Shown: positions 54,221 through 64,000, numbered from the stretch's first letter. The stretch is DNA of 64,000 bases from a virus (IMGVR_UViG_3300046674_000485:15734-79733), one strand, 5' to 3'. Numbers and translations: made by a program. Notes: generated from the sequence alone by a model not told the origin.

Positions 54221-55689
54221 CGCTTGCACCCCAGGGCCACAATGTTGGCGTTGAAAAAAGTAAAGCCGCCGGTGGAGCCGACGTTCAGGACGTAGTTGCC
54301 GCCGGCGCCGGTGGAGTCGATCCACGACACGGCGCCGGTGACCATGTCGGGGTCGTTTGCGGTCATGTAGGACAGGGTCAGGAACGTCCCGTCCCGGTAC
54401 AGGCTCATCGTCACGTTGGAGCTCGTGCCCACGCCCAGGCTCTTCACGCTGACGCTGGCGGTCACGAAGACCTTGCTGATCCCGCCGGGAACTGGTGCAG
54501 AGCACAGGTTGGCCCCGCCCGACGCGACCGTCCCGCCGCCGTTGGCGCCCGAGCGCGGGACCATCACCGTCTCGTTGTCGAGCTTCAGCGTGTCGATCTC
54601 GGCGTTGCCGATCTTGGCCCGGGTGATCTGTGCGTCAGCGATCAGGGCGTTGGTGATCTGCGCGGTGCCGATCTTCGCCGTCGTGATCTGCGCGTCGCCG
54701 ATCTTCGCATTGGTGATCGCGGCGTCGCCGATCTGCGCGGTGCCGATGGTGGCCTCGCCGATCACGGCCTTCTTGATGTAGACGCCGGCCGGGTACACCA
54801 CGCCGTTGACCCACTGGGGGTAGGTCAGGACCATGAAGGGGATCGAGGAGCCCTGCCCGATCTGCGTGGCCGCGTCGGGCGTCGAGCTGGTGGCGGCGAT
54901 GAAGAACGTGTCCGCACGCACGCCGAAGTCGATGGTGCCGCCTCCGCTGCTGCCGGCGCCGCTGGTGGCCGACAGGCCGAAGCCGCCGACGACGGTGCGC
55001 CCGTACACATCGATCTGCGCGCGCACGCTGTAGATCGAGTTGAAGGTGCCGTTGGCCGCGCTGGCGTAGCTGTTCAGATCCTGCTTGATCGAGGTGCTGT
55101 TCACCACCCCGGTGTTCGGGTCGGTGACGGCCGCGATGACCTGGGTCCACTTCGTGGCGCTCACGCCCGAGGGCGACACCGCAGCCAGGGCGCCGTCCTG
55201 AATGACCGCCGAGGCGCCGCCGATGGATGCCCAGATGGTGTTCACCGCGGAGGCGAGCGCGTCGTCCTTCTGGGCCCGGGTCAGGGTCTCCTGCGCGATG
55301 GCCGCGCGCGAGCCGTCCAGGGCGGCATTGATCTGGGCCTCGATGGCGCTGGTGTTGATCGCGCCGATGTTCTGCTCGAGCGCCTGGAAGATCAGGCTCT
55401 TGCGGACGTTGTCCTGCAGCGCGGCGATGGTGGCGTCCACCTGCATGGCCAGATCGCTGACGCCGACCGAGCCGCCGATGCCCGGGGTGAAGGTGGCCGC
55501 GATGGCGTCGAACGACGTCTGCAGCACCTGATCGCGCGTGAGGAACTGCTTGCCGCCCGGGCCGCTCAGGCCGTTGCGCTCGTTCCAGGCGGCGGTCATC
55601 GCGTCGATCCACGACTGGACCGCGGGGTCCGCCACGCCGAGCGCCGGCGGCAGCGCGCCGAGCTGGGCGTCTGGCCGCGCCTTAAACAT
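54217..55689 (-). CDS. tail fibre protein
   Basis: tandem AQIGDAAITNAKIGDAQITTAKIGTAQITNALIADAQITRAKIGNAEIDTLKLD repeats typical of phage fibre shafts; Gly/Ser-rich distal domain. Confidence 0.7.
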   Translation of the reverse strand: MFKARPDAQLGALPPALGVADPAVQSWIDAMTAAWNERNGLSGPGGKQFLTRDQVLQTSFDAIAATFTPGIGGSVGVSDLAMQVDATIAALQDNVRKSLIFQALEQNIGAINTSAIEAQINAALDGSRAAIAQETLTRAQKDDALASAVNTIWASIGGASAVIQDGALAAVSPSGVSATKWTQVIAAVTDPNTGVVNSTSIKQDLNSYASAANGTFNSIYSVRAQIDVYGRTVVGGFGLSATSGAGSSGGGTIDFGVRADTFFIAATSSTPDAATQIGQGSSIPFMVLTYPQWVNGVVYPAGVYIKKAVIGEATIGTAQIGDAAITNAKIGDAQITTAKIGTAQITNALIADAQITRAKIGNAEIDTLKLDNETVMVPRSGANGGGTVASGGANLCSAPVPGGISKVFVTASVSVKSLGVGTSSNVTMSLYRDGTFLTLSYMTANDPDMVTGAVSWIDSTGAGGNYVLNVGSTGGFTFFNANIVALGCKR

Positions 55690-57610
55690 GCTGCAGCTCC
55701 TCGAAGGTGCGCGCGATCGTGAACTCGGTGACCTTGGCCGCCGACTGCAGGCGCACGGCCCAGCGCAGCGCGAGGTTCATGTCCGGCAGGCGGAAGTGCC
55801 CGGCGCTGGCCAGGACCACCTGATAGGCCTGCACGTTGTCGGCGTAGAGCGTCAGCGTGACCGGGCCCTCGCACACGATGTAGCCGCAGCCGAAGGTGGT
55901 GTGCCGCGGGAAGATGAAGTCCTTGCTGCGCCAGTCGAAGGTGTTCACCGCGCCCTCGTTGAAGCGGTAGACCTTGTTGGCCAGGGTGTAGTAGAGCGTG
56001 TCGTTCACCGGCAGCGGGAACAGCGCGTCGACCCGGCGGTTGTTGCGCACGAACGATCCCGCGTCGTCGTCGAAGCGGAACATGAAGCCTTTGGCCTGGG
56101 TGGTCGAGTTGGCCACCAGCACGCCGTCGTAGTAGCCGAAGATCAGGCTGGCATCGAGCAGCACGTCGGCATACTCGGCGCGCCACTTCTTGCGGAAGAA
56201 GAGCTTCTGGCTCACCTCCATGGTGCCGTTGCTGCCGATGACCATCGGGATGCCGTCGTTCGACGCATAGGCGACGCCGTCGTCCATCTGGACCATGCTG
56301 CGCTGCGCGATGCCCGGCTGCGGCAGGCGGATCTTCGTCTGCTGCAGCGACGCCGGCACGGTGCCGATCATCACGTAGACGCCGTCAGTGGTGGTCACCA
56401 CCAGCGACTGCTGCGTCGCCTTGATGCCGCGGATGGCCGTCTTGAAGGTCGAGCTGTAGGGCCACGCGTGCATCTTCCAGGGCTCGCTCATGTACAACGT
56501 CGTGCCCTTGAACGCGGCGGCCCAGCCGTTGGGCGCCATCTCGAAGCCCTCCATGCCCAGGCCGCTCGGCAGCCACTCCTGGCTCTCGAGCGCGGTGCCG
56601 GCGCTGGTCGGCTTGGTGGCCCCGTCGTAGAAGCGCGTGGGCACGCCGCCGTCCTGCACGGCAGCCGTCTTGATGTAGGAGGCGACCGAGCCGAAGGTGC
56701 GGTAGATGTTGGACTTCAGGAAGGGCCGGAAGCCCGTGAAGTCCGGCGGGGTCACGTCGATCTGGACGTCCTGCACGTAGGTCAGGGAGACCGTGTCCGG
56801 CGGTGCCGCGGCGCTCTCCTCGTTCCACGTGTTCTCCATGGTGTACGTGTAGGCCCGGGTCTCCGCAACGCCCCAGGTGAGGTACATCACGCCGCGCACC
56901 GAGTCCTCCTCGAGCTTGCCCTCGACCGTGCCAGGAACGGCCGACGACTTGGTCGTGCTGCCGGTGGTGGTCGACAGCGAGAAGATCTCCTTGCCCGCCG
57001 ACGTGTCGGTGAAGATCAGCCGCGCGCCCATGCGGCGGCTCGCCGGCGCGCCGGAGGCCGATGGCTTGGCGATCTGGTAGACCCGCAGCGCCTGGATGGG
57101 CGTGACGACCGCGGAGGCCTTGTTCACGATGGAGCTGTCGGCGAGGTTCACCCACCACGACTCCGCGGTGATCGCCACCGACGGGTAGTCGGGCAGCGTG
57201 GTGCGGTCGCGCACGGTGAGCGTCGGCTTGACGATGGGATTGGGTGTCCCCGCGCGCACGCCACCCGTGGGTGTCGGGCCGTTGTTGGCCATTCCCAGCT
57301 TGCTCACCGCCTTGATGATCCCCTCGCTCGGCGAGAGGTAGTAGATGCGGCGGAACGAGTCGTCGTCCAGCGGGCTGTTGAAGGCCACCGTCTCGACCGG
57401 CCAGCTGTAGAACAGGATGCCGTCTTCGGTGTAGACCCCCTTGGCCGGGTTGTTCGCCATGGTGGCGATCTCCATGCCGTCCTGGGAGGGGACGAGCGCG
57501 CCTGAGTCGAAGAAGCAATCCTTCGCGGAGGCGGCGTTGTTCGGCGGCAGCAGGTGCGGCTCGCTTCGGGGGATCTCCCCCTTGAAGCCCTTCAAGACAA
57601 TCGTCGGCAT
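55682..57610 (-). CDS. large tail/baseplate structural protein, 642 aa
   Basis: ORF track; position between fibre genes. Confidence 0.5.
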   Translation of the reverse strand: MPTIVLKGFKGEIPRSEPHLLPPNNAASAKDCFFDSGALVPSQDGMEIATMANNPAKGVYTEDGILFYSWPVETVAFNSPLDDDSFRRIYYLSPSEGIIKAVSKLGMANNGPTPTGGVRAGTPNPIVKPTLTVRDRTTLPDYPSVAITAESWWVNLADSSIVNKASAVVTPIQALRVYQIAKPSASGAPASRRMGARLIFTDTSAGKEIFSLSTTTGSTTKSSAVPGTVEGKLEEDSVRGVMYLTWGVAETRAYTYTMENTWNEESAAAPPDTVSLTYVQDVQIDVTPPDFTGFRPFLKSNIYRTFGSVASYIKTAAVQDGGVPTRFYDGATKPTSAGTALESQEWLPSGLGMEGFEMAPNGWAAAFKGTTLYMSEPWKMHAWPYSSTFKTAIRGIKATQQSLVVTTTDGVYVMIGTVPASLQQTKIRLPQPGIAQRSMVQMDDGVAYASNDGIPMVIGSNGTMEVSQKLFFRKKWRAEYADVLLDASLIFGYYDGVLVANSTTQAKGFMFRFDDDAGSFVRNNRRVDALFPLPVNDTLYYTLANKVYRFNEGAVNTFDWRSKDFIFPRHTTFGCGYIVCEGPVTLTLYADNVQAYQVVLASAGHFRLPDMNLALRWAVRLQSAAKVTEFTIARTFEELQHV

Positions 57611-57611
57611 C

Positions 57612-58040
57612 TCAGGCGGTCGTCTCGACCGTGTTGAGGTACTCGCACAGCTCGAGCAGGCTGCGTGGACTGTACGAGGTCGGTGCTGGCAGGCCGAGTG
57701 CGGCCGCGCACCACTCCGAGCAGAACGACGCCTTCGACTGATCGAAGGGTCGGTTGAAGATCTGAGCTCGGATCAGGTCCAGCCAGCTGTACGGCTGGCG
57801 AAACGTGCGGACATAGTAGTCCCACACCGTGCCCTGGTCGGCCCATGGGAGCACTACGATGTCCCAGTCGGGCGTGTCGAAGTTGATCATCTTGCCGCGC
57901 ACGCCACCGTCCAGCAGGCTCGAGCTCATGCCCATGCCGTTGACGATGAGCTCGCAGTGGCTGTAGGGGCTGCGCGTCCACATGCGGATGAGCGCGTTGC
58001 CGATGCGGCCCTTGCCCTTGTACATCGCGAGTTTGACCAT
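57612..58040 (-). CDS. hypothetical protein with Cys/His pair (SPYSHCELIV), 142 aa
   Basis: in-frame ATG 58040 of ORF 57612..58097. Confidence 0.45.
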   Translation of the reverse strand: MVKLAMYKGKGRIGNALIRMWTRSPYSHCELIVNGMGMSSSLLDGGVRGKMINFDTPDWDIVVLPWADQGTVWDYYVRTFRQPYSWLDLIRAQIFNRPFDQSKASFCSEWCAAALGLPAPTSYSPRSLLELCEYLNTVETTA

Positions 58041-58050
58041 GTCGTGTTCC

Positions 58051-58635
58051 TTAGACCAGGGTGTCGCTGAAGGAGGTTGGCCATCCGGCCAGGACATTGA
58101 AGGACGCCGGATCCTCGGAGGCCTGCAGCTGCGCGTTGAGCGCCTCGGCGTGCGCGAAGAGCGCGATGTCGCTCGCCGCCTCGGCCTGGAAGATCTGGGC
58201 TGCGAGCTGCGGCGTCATGGTCGTGAAGGCGCCGCTGAGCGTCTTCCATGCGATGCCGGCTGGCATGTTGGCGCCCATCATCACCAGGGCCAGCTGCTGG
58301 ATGCGGCTGTCGCTGTCGGAGTGGAACCAGAACTCGCCGACCTTCACGCCATCCTTCTGGCGGCGGTCGCGCTCGATCTTGATGGCCTCCCAGAGGACGA
58401 CGCGAGGGTCCAGCGACGGAGGCGCCTGCGGCGGCCCCGGGGGCGTGAAGGTGATGGGCGGCGGCACCGGCGCAGCGGGCACGGGCGTCGCGTTCACCAT
58501 CCGCAAGTTGTCGCCGACCGCGTACTTGGACGCATCGGGGACCAGCAGCTTCTGAGAGAACTCGGCCGGCGGCGGCGCGGAGAGCGACTGGATCGCAAGG
58601 ATGACGCCCACGGCGTCGAGGTAGATCAGGTTCAT
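58051..58635 (-). CDS. putative tail-fibre assembly protein (DUF4376-like)
   Basis: ORF track; VVLWEAIKIERDRRQKDGVKVGEFWFHSDSDSRIQ pattern; downstream of a fibre gene. Confidence 0.45.
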   Translation of the reverse strand: MNLIYLDAVGVILAIQSLSAPPPAEFSQKLLVPDASKYAVGDNLRMVNATPVPAAPVPPPITFTPPGPPQAPPSLDPRVVLWEAIKIERDRRQKDGVKVGEFWFHSDSDSRIQQLALVMMGANMPAGIAWKTLSGAFTTMTPQLAAQIFQAEAASDIALFAHAEALNAQLQASEDPASFNVLAGWPTSFSDTLV

Positions 58636-60410
58636 GCTGCTTCCAATGCGGCCACGCGGGCCTTCAGTTCATCGATGATCTCGGCCTGCTGCGAGATCGC
58701 ATGCATCGCGGCCATCAACATCGGGTATTGATTCGGCTGGAGCCATGTCGATTCGTCGTGCACCCACTCGGGATCGATGGCATGGAATTGCTGGGCGATG
58801 CCGCCGAGCTTGTGCAGGCGGCCGTCGTCGACGCGGAAGCCGCTCTCCAGCAGGCGGTAGTTGAACTGCTTCCAGTCGATCTGCCGGATCTTCGCCAGGG
58901 AGTCCTCGGCGGTCGGGGCGATGTTCTCCTTGAGGCGCTCGTCGGACCCGAGGACGCCCCACGACACGTCGCCATAGCCACCGATGGCGATGATCATCTG
59001 GCTCGCCCCGCTGTTGCGCAGGTTGACAACCGCCGAGCCGGCGTTGTTGACGAAGTAGTTGATGCCCTGGCCCGAGAGTGCACCGCTGTTAGCGACGTGG
59101 AGGGAGCCGGGCTGCGTCAGATGCTGCGCCTGTCCGTCGCCCTCGGTGCACCAGATGTAGGCCGGGTTGTTGCCCCAGTTGTTGTAGGCCCAGCCGCCCA
59201 CGCCGCTGACCTGACCCGAGTTGGTCGAGTAGCCGGAGGCGCCGCTGATGGCGATCGGCCACGTCGCGCCGAAGTAGGTGCCGTCCACTTGGACATCGAG
59301 GTTGGCGCCGGTCCAGCCCATGTACAGCTGGGCCCCGTGGGGTCGCAGCGAAAACACCTGCTCGCGGTTGCCGACGTCACTGAGACCCACCATGGCCTTG
59401 GTGAGGCCGGTGGCGCCGCCGTTGAAGGTCACGCCGCTGTTGATGACGAAGCTGCCATCGCTGTTCAGGACGTAGAACGGGGTGCTCAGGTAGGCGCCGC
59501 TGGAGTTGTAGCGAATCAGGGCAAAGTTGTTGCCGGCGTCGCCCATCTGCAGGCCCCAGCGGAAATTGCCGGTCTCGTCTTGCCCGTAGTACACCGCCGA
59601 ATCGCCGGAGGTCGCCTTCCTCGTGGCGATCCACGACTGGAACGTCGGGGTGTATGCGGCGGCCTTGAGGTTCAGCGCGGTCTGCGTGGCCGTGCTGACG
59701 GGCTTGCTCGCATCGCTCGTGTTGTCGACGTTGCCCAGGCCGATCGCGGCCTTGGTCGGCGCGATGACAGGAAGGCCGGTGGCGCGCATGTACGACCGGC
59801 ACACCCAGACCCCGCCGCCGGAGGAGATGAACTCCGCAGCGTCGCCCGCGCCGACGACGATGTTGGCGCCGGATGGCAGGGACAGCGAGGCGCTGTGAGT
59901 CAGCGTCGGCGTCGACGCGAAGATGAGGTTGCGCACGGCACCGGATGCCACCGTGCCCAGGCCGGTGATGGGGCCGCCGGCGCCGGTCACGTAGACGTTG
60001 TTCGATGGGACCGTCGCGAGGTCGACCGTCGCCGCGGCAGCGATGGACACCATGGGCGCGAGGTTCAGTGCGCCCGACATGTCGTCGCCGGCGGACTGCA
60101 GCATGTCAGCGAAGCCGGCCGCGGTGCCGACAGCTGCGATGGTGGCGCCCGCGCTCCAGGCGAGCGCCGAGCTGCCCTCCTGGGCCCGGGTGATCGTGAA
60201 GGTGTCGGTGGCGCGCGCCGTCACCAGCACGTACTCGCGCGCGTCGGTGTCGAGGTCGCCCGCCTGGATGACGGCGCGGAACGACTGGCCCGCCGCGAGC
60301 ACGGGGAACTTGGCGCCCGCGCCGGCGAAGACCGACAGCGAGGTGGCGGCCCCCGTGATGCCGGCCGCCAGCGTCGTGACGGCTCGATTCGAAAAGCGAC
60401 GGTTTCCCAT
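58632..60410 (-). CDS. tail fibre/spike with C-terminal intramolecular chaperone (peptidase S74) domain
   Basis: C-terminal GSDERLKENI autoproteolytic motif followed by a coiled coil; Gly/Ser-rich beta-rich body. Confidence 0.75.
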   Translation of the reverse strand: MGNRRFSNRAVTTLAAGITGAATSLSVFAGAGAKFPVLAAGQSFRAVIQAGDLDTDAREYVLVTARATDTFTITRAQEGSSALAWSAGATIAAVGTAAGFADMLQSAGDDMSGALNLAPMVSIAAAATVDLATVPSNNVYVTGAGGPITGLGTVASGAVRNLIFASTPTLTHSASLSLPSGANIVVGAGDAAEFISSGGGVWVCRSYMRATGLPVIAPTKAAIGLGNVDNTSDASKPVSTATQTALNLKAAAYTPTFQSWIATRKATSGDSAVYYGQDETGNFRWGLQMGDAGNNFALIRYNSSGAYLSTPFYVLNSDGSFVINSGVTFNGGATGLTKAMVGLSDVGNREQVFSLRPHGAQLYMGWTGANLDVQVDGTYFGATWPIAISGASGYSTNSGQVSGVGGWAYNNWGNNPAYIWCTEGDGQAQHLTQPGSLHVANSGALSGQGINYFVNNAGSAVVNLRNSGASQMIIAIGGYGDVSWGVLGSDERLKENIAPTAEDSLAKIRQIDWKQFNYRLLESGFRVDDGRLHKLGGIAQQFHAIDPEWVHDESTWLQPNQYPMLMAAMHAISQQAEIIDELKARVAALEAA

Positions 60411-60413
60411 TGC

Positions 60414-60914
60414 TTAGCTGATCGTGATGGTCCAGGTGAACTGGAGCCCCAGGCCTGCCGGCTTGGTGATCGAGCCCGTCAGTGCGCGCGCAACCATGGT
60501 GCCGGCGGCCGCGGCGTTGAACAGGCCCACCTCCTCCACGGCGCCGGTGCCGGTGCCGGCCGGCACGGTGGCGATGTAGGTGGCGACGTTGGCCACCGGC
60601 GTGGCCGAGCTGATGGCCACGCGTGCGGTCTCGGTCACGAGCGCCGTCTGGCCCGCGGCGGCCGCGGTGGTGCCGCTGCCGATGGCCACGTGCGAGATCG
60701 CGTTCATGGCGACGCCGCAGATGCGGCTGGCGATGTAGGCCTTGCCGGCATCGACCACCAGATTGCAGAAGCCGCCCGTGCCATCGATGGGCATGCCGCC
60801 CGCGTCGACGTACTGCCAGCGCACCATGCCGCTGGGCATGACGCCGTCGTTGGTCGCCAGGATGGCGGCAGCTGCGATCTGGTCGAGCGCGAAGGCCTTG
60901 TCTTTGGTGTTCAT
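60414..60914 (-). CDS. virion structural protein, 166 aa
   Basis: in-frame ATG 60914 of ORF 60414..61061. Confidence 0.5.
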   Translation of the reverse strand: MNTKDKAFALDQIAAAAILATNDGVMPSGMVRWQYVDAGGMPIDGTGGFCNLVVDAGKAYIASRICGVAMNAISHVAIGSGTTAAAAGQTALVTETARVAISSATPVANVATYIATVPAGTGTGAVEEVGLFNAAAAGTMVARALTGSITKPAGLGLQFTWTITIS

Positions 60915-60997
60915 GGGGATCCTTTCGAGGGTGGCAATGAAGAGGAGCGCGCACACCGGCGGCCAGCCTGGGCGGCTGGGTCGGGTGCTGCGGGGGA

Positions 60998-62443
60998 TCA
61001 GGGGGCGGCGGTCTTGTACGGGTGGCCTGCTGGCAGGCTTGCCTGCATGCCCCATCGCCATGCGAGGTAGCCCTCGACGTTCTGTCGGTCAGCGACGCTG
61101 AGTGCGCCGACGATCATCAGCACCTCGGCCTGATCGCCGACGAGGGTGCCGGCGATGCCGCCGCCCGTGCCGTAGGCGCCGACCAGGGCGATCTGGCTGT
61201 CGGTCGCGGAGGTGTTGCCCGATGTCTGCCAGGAGCTCGAGGAGAACTTCTGGGTGCCGTTGATCCACGTGGACAGCGACCTGTTGACGAAGTCGCCGAT
61301 GCCCGCGGCAATCATCCAGCCGGTGCCCTGGTCGCTCGCGTCGCCGGTGCCCTGGTAGCCGTCGCCGTCCAGGCGCCGGCCGCCGGCCTCGAGGTCGCCG
61401 CCGCTGGTCTGCGATCGGCCCAGCGTGAAGCGCGCACGCCCGAAGTCGCCGTTCTTGGTCCACAGGCCGAGCACGCCGTCGGCGCCGCCGGTCTTGCGGT
61501 GGACGGAGAAGATCGTCGCGCCGCTCGCGTTGTTGAGCATCGCGTTCGCTGCGCCGCCCAGCTGGAATGCCGCGAGCTTGCTCGAGCCGTCTCCGCCCCA
61601 CACTGCGCGGCCGTTGAGCGTGTTGGCCAGGGTGGCGCGATTGGTCGCGCTGCCGCCGTACGCGCTGGCATGGAAGCCGCCGCCAGAGAGGTCGGCCAGG
61701 ATGCTGAGCTCGCCGCTGACCAGCGTGTTCGACGGGCTGTCGGAGATGAACCACGCCTTGGCGTTCGGCAGCATGGCCGGGGTCCAGGGCACCGGCGCCG
61801 GCGGGGTCTTGGCGGCGCCCATGATCGAGGCGCCGATGCTGAACTCGCCAGGGCGCGAGAACACGAGGATGGTGTTCAGGTCGATGATGCCCAGGACATC
61901 CGTCGCGGTCGCCGACTCGGTGCGCGCCATGTTTGCGAACGGGGTCATCTGGTCGACCGCCGTCACGCTTTCGGCCCGGCTGAAGTCGCTGATCATCGCG
62001 ATGGCGTCCGCCACCGCGACCGAGTCGGCGATGGTGTTCAGCACGCCCAGCTGCACGATGGTGTCGAGCGCCGTCTGCGCCTCGGCCAGCTGCCGCACGC
62101 CCAGCTGGGTCATCGCGTCGGCCACGCCGGCGCTGTCGGCCACCACGCCCTTGAAGATGATGGCCAGCTGATCGGCCACGTTGGTGACGTCGTCGGTGAA
62201 GTTGCCGGTGCGGCTGATCACGTCGTCGTCCACCGAGACGGAGTCGGCGACGGACCACAGCATGGTGATGCTGGTGATCACGTCCGCCGCGACGGCGGGA
62301 TCGGCCAGGACGAAGCGCCCGAGCTGCGTCAGTGCGTCGACGACGGCGGGGGCATCGGCGATGCTGGCCCGCGGATCTGGCACGCGGTTCGGGACGCCCG
62401 AGACCGTCAGCAGGCCGGTGCCTGCGTCGACGTGGATCGGCAT
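60998..62443 (-). CDS. tail fibre/receptor-binding protein with C-terminal lectin-like domain
   Basis: ORF track; N-terminal repetitive Ala/Asp/Val segments; C-terminus ends ADRQNVEGYLAWRWG as in ConA-like fibre tips. Confidence 0.55.
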   Translation of the reverse strand: MPIHVDAGTGLLTVSGVPNRVPDPRASIADAPAVVDALTQLGRFVLADPAVAADVITSITMLWSVADSVSVDDDVISRTGNFTDDVTNVADQLAIIFKGVVADSAGVADAMTQLGVRQLAEAQTALDTIVQLGVLNTIADSVAVADAIAMISDFSRAESVTAVDQMTPFANMARTESATATDVLGIIDLNTILVFSRPGEFSIGASIMGAAKTPPAPVPWTPAMLPNAKAWFISDSPSNTLVSGELSILADLSGGGFHASAYGGSATNRATLANTLNGRAVWGGDGSSKLAAFQLGGAANAMLNNASGATIFSVHRKTGGADGVLGLWTKNGDFGRARFTLGRSQTSGGDLEAGGRRLDGDGYQGTGDASDQGTGWMIAAGIGDFVNRSLSTWINGTQKFSSSSWQTSGNTSATDSQIALVGAYGTGGGIAGTLVGDQAEVLMIVGALSVADRQNVEGYLAWRWGMQASLPAGHPYKTAAP

Positions 62444-62610
62444 CGCTTAGCCGCCGGCCCGGGCAGCGTCGAGCAGCGGCGCGTCGAGGGCGCTCGGCTC
62501 GCTGTCGGAGAGCGCGGCGACTTGCACCTTCACCTGCTGCGCGGCGACAGCGAGGCGGGGAGCCTCCTGCGCCTCAACGACGAGCAGGCTCTGGCGTGCC
62601 ATCGGCAGGC

Positions 62611-63018
62611 TCAAGCGAAGTCCTCACGCACGGCGAACTGCAGGAGGTCGAGCCACGTCTGCTTGCGGCCGTCCGGATAGGTGACCTCGATCTCGCCCTC
62701 GAAGTTGCCGGCGGTGTCCAGCGAGGTGGCCGACCACTGGATCGCGCAGCGCCCGCCCTTGCCGGCAACGTTGTAGGGCGCAGCGGCGTCGATGGTCTGG
62801 GCGCCGGTCTCCTCGTCGATGGCGGTCACGCGCCCGTAGAGCTTCGGCAGCAGGAGCGTCTCCTTCAGCGTCTTGCTGCCGACGGTGCGCAGGTACATGC
62901 GGACGGCGGTCGCCGGGTCCGACAGGTCGATGGGCAGGCCGGTGACCTCGTCGGTCAGCGACAGGCTGATGTCCGGCATGCGGTCGTGCTGGACGAGCTT
63001 GAACTTGATGTTGGCCAT
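62611..63018 (-). CDS. hypothetical virion protein, 135 aa
   Basis: ORF track. Confidence 0.5.
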   Translation of the reverse strand: MANIKFKLVQHDRMPDISLSLTDEVTGLPIDLSDPATAVRMYLRTVGSKTLKETLLLPKLYGRVTAIDEETGAQTIDAAAPYNVAGKGGRCAIQWSATSLDTAGNFEGEIEVTYPDGRKQTWLDLLQFAVREDFA

Positions 63019-63022
63019 GGGC

Positions 63023-63649
63023 TTATCCGAAGGCGCGCGGGCGCACGAAGGTGGATGCGGGCACGTTGCCGTGCTCGGTGTCGATGGAGGCCGCCTCGAC
63101 GCCGGTGTTGAAGATGCCAGTCCAGTAGGCGCCGAGCTGCGGGTCGGACCAGGGCTTCTTCGGCTGCAGCATCAGCGCGCCTTTCGCGCCCGCCTCGAGC
63201 AGCGCGCCGTGGTACAGCGCGATGTCGTCAGGGATCGAGGTGGCGGCGAGCACGGGCTGGAACACGGCCTTCACGCGCAGCGAGTCGGTGGGCGCGTCGG
63301 GCGTCGGGTAGACGGTGACCGTCTGCCGCGCGCCGGTGTTGAAGAAGAGCGGCGCCTGGGCGGTGGCGCCCGGCTCGAACGTGCGCTCGAGGTAGGTCTG
63401 GTCCTGGCCGGTGAGCTGCCGACCGCCGCACCACACCTCGCGCACGAACAGCGTCAGCGCGCCCTGCGGCGGGTCGATGTCGTAGGTCGGGTTGCCGTCC
63501 TGCAACAGGATCGGATCCACCCAGGCGGCCCAGGCCTTCGAACGCTCGCACAGGCGCTGCAGCGCACGCACGACGGCGATGCGCGCAGTCTCATCGGGGC
63601 AGCTGGGCAGATCCCCCATGATGTTCGGCAGGAAGTCGGAGATCTTCAT
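63023..63649 (-). CDS. hypothetical virion protein, 208 aa
   Basis: ORF track. Confidence 0.5.
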   Translation of the reverse strand: MKISDFLPNIMGDLPSCPDETARIAVVRALQRLCERSKAWAAWVDPILLQDGNPTYDIDPPQGALTLFVREVWCGGRQLTGQDQTYLERTFEPGATAQAPLFFNTGARQTVTVYPTPDAPTDSLRVKAVFQPVLAATSIPDDIALYHGALLEAGAKGALMLQPKKPWSDPQLGAYWTGIFNTGVEAASIDTEHGNVPASTFVRPRAFG

Positions 63650-63653
63650 TCGC

Positions 63654-64000
63654 TCAGCTCGAGGTGGCCGGAGCCGTGCCCGTCATGGGCAGCGACTTCA
63701 GGTTGGGGTTGACGCCGGTCATGGCGTGGGCCTGGGCGTTGATCGAGTCGACGAACAGCTTGCTGTGCGCAGCCACGAGGTTCAGGTTGCCCTGGGCCTC
63801 GGCGTCCTTCATGTAGGCGCGTGCCAGGACGTAGTTCAGGAGGTCGTCCACGAACTTGTCGTCGACCGACAGCGTGGTGGTCAGCGGCGCGCCGGCGGTG
63901 TAGTCGAGCGTGCTGTCCAGCTTCTTCGGGTCGAACAGCCCGGCGAGCTCCACCCAGACGGTGGCGCTGGAGGCGATGCCTGGGCAGACCCAGAACTGCT
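63654..64000 (-). CDS. structural-module gene, probably partial (frame stays open to the window edge)
   Basis: ORF track gives GTG 63953, but the same frame has no stop up to 64000, so the 5' end may lie outside the window. Confidence 0.4.
   Translation of the reverse strand, partial: QFWVCPGIASSATVWVELAGLFDPKKLDSTLDYTAGAPLTTTLSVDDKFVDDLLNYVLARAYMKDAEAQGNLNLVAAHSKLFVDSINAQAHAMTGVNPNLKSLPMTGTAPATSS

Noticed and set aside
62447-62602. Possible 51-aa minus-strand ORF in the gap between the genes at 60998..62443 and 62611..63018
   Set aside because: It is below the ORF-track threshold, has no RBS, and the Ala-rich sequence is typical of chance ORFs in GC-rich DNA.
1-64000. Tyrosine/serine integrase and attL/attR repeats
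   Set aside because: No protein in the window has integrase-like size or the R-H-R-Y motif pattern. The tRNA genes here are intact internal genes, not split att sites. The integration mode therefore stays open (see the phage-plasmid finding).

Overview
This is a high-GC (~65%) proteobacterial temperate-phage or phage-plasmid segment. The H-NS and HU types suggest a betaproteobacterial (Burkholderiales-like) host. Gene order mirrors lambda on a different backbone. (i) 87-10668 (+): about 28 small early/accessory genes, mostly of unknown function, with Cys-rich zinc fingers, an SGNH lipoprotein and MazG-like and DUF3850-like domains. They are driven by a repeated promoter/operator family, with an H-NS-like gene on the opposite strand. 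(ii) 10665-20836 (-) is a 'rightward-like' early operon. It runs through RNase H, an HTH protein, a DUF1376 replisome organizer carrying an in-gene iteron/AT-rich origin-like segment, and a DnaC-like helicase loader. It then continues through HU, an AlpA-like regulator, a VRR-NUC nuclease and a YbcO-like nuclease. (iii) A divergent operator/promoter region at 20837-20996 precedes an XRE/CI-like repressor (20997-21434). (iv) 21700-23600 is a 1.7-kb non-coding region holding tRNA-Gln(TTG), tRNA-Met/Ile2(CAT), a pseudo-tRNA and seven tandem long hairpins with CCATCAT-type arms. (v) 23697-34814 (+) is a 'leftward-like' operon: an Ogr-like zinc finger, a coiled-coil protein, RecT, a YqaJ exonuclease, SSB, an SPFH protein, ParA, a ParG-like RHH protein and a winged-helix protein. 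It is followed by two inverted perfect DnaA boxes (plasmid-like origin) and is preceded by a CTAGATA iteron field. (vi) 35308-64000 (-) is a virion module: a single 5074-aa polyvalent (DarB-like) protein with an N-terminal lytic transglycosylase, internal-virion-like proteins, three distinct tail fibre/spike genes (one with a peptidase-S74 chaperone) and assembly chaperones. No integrase, CRISPR array or rRNA is present. All domain calls are by eye from the translations; no database search was run.
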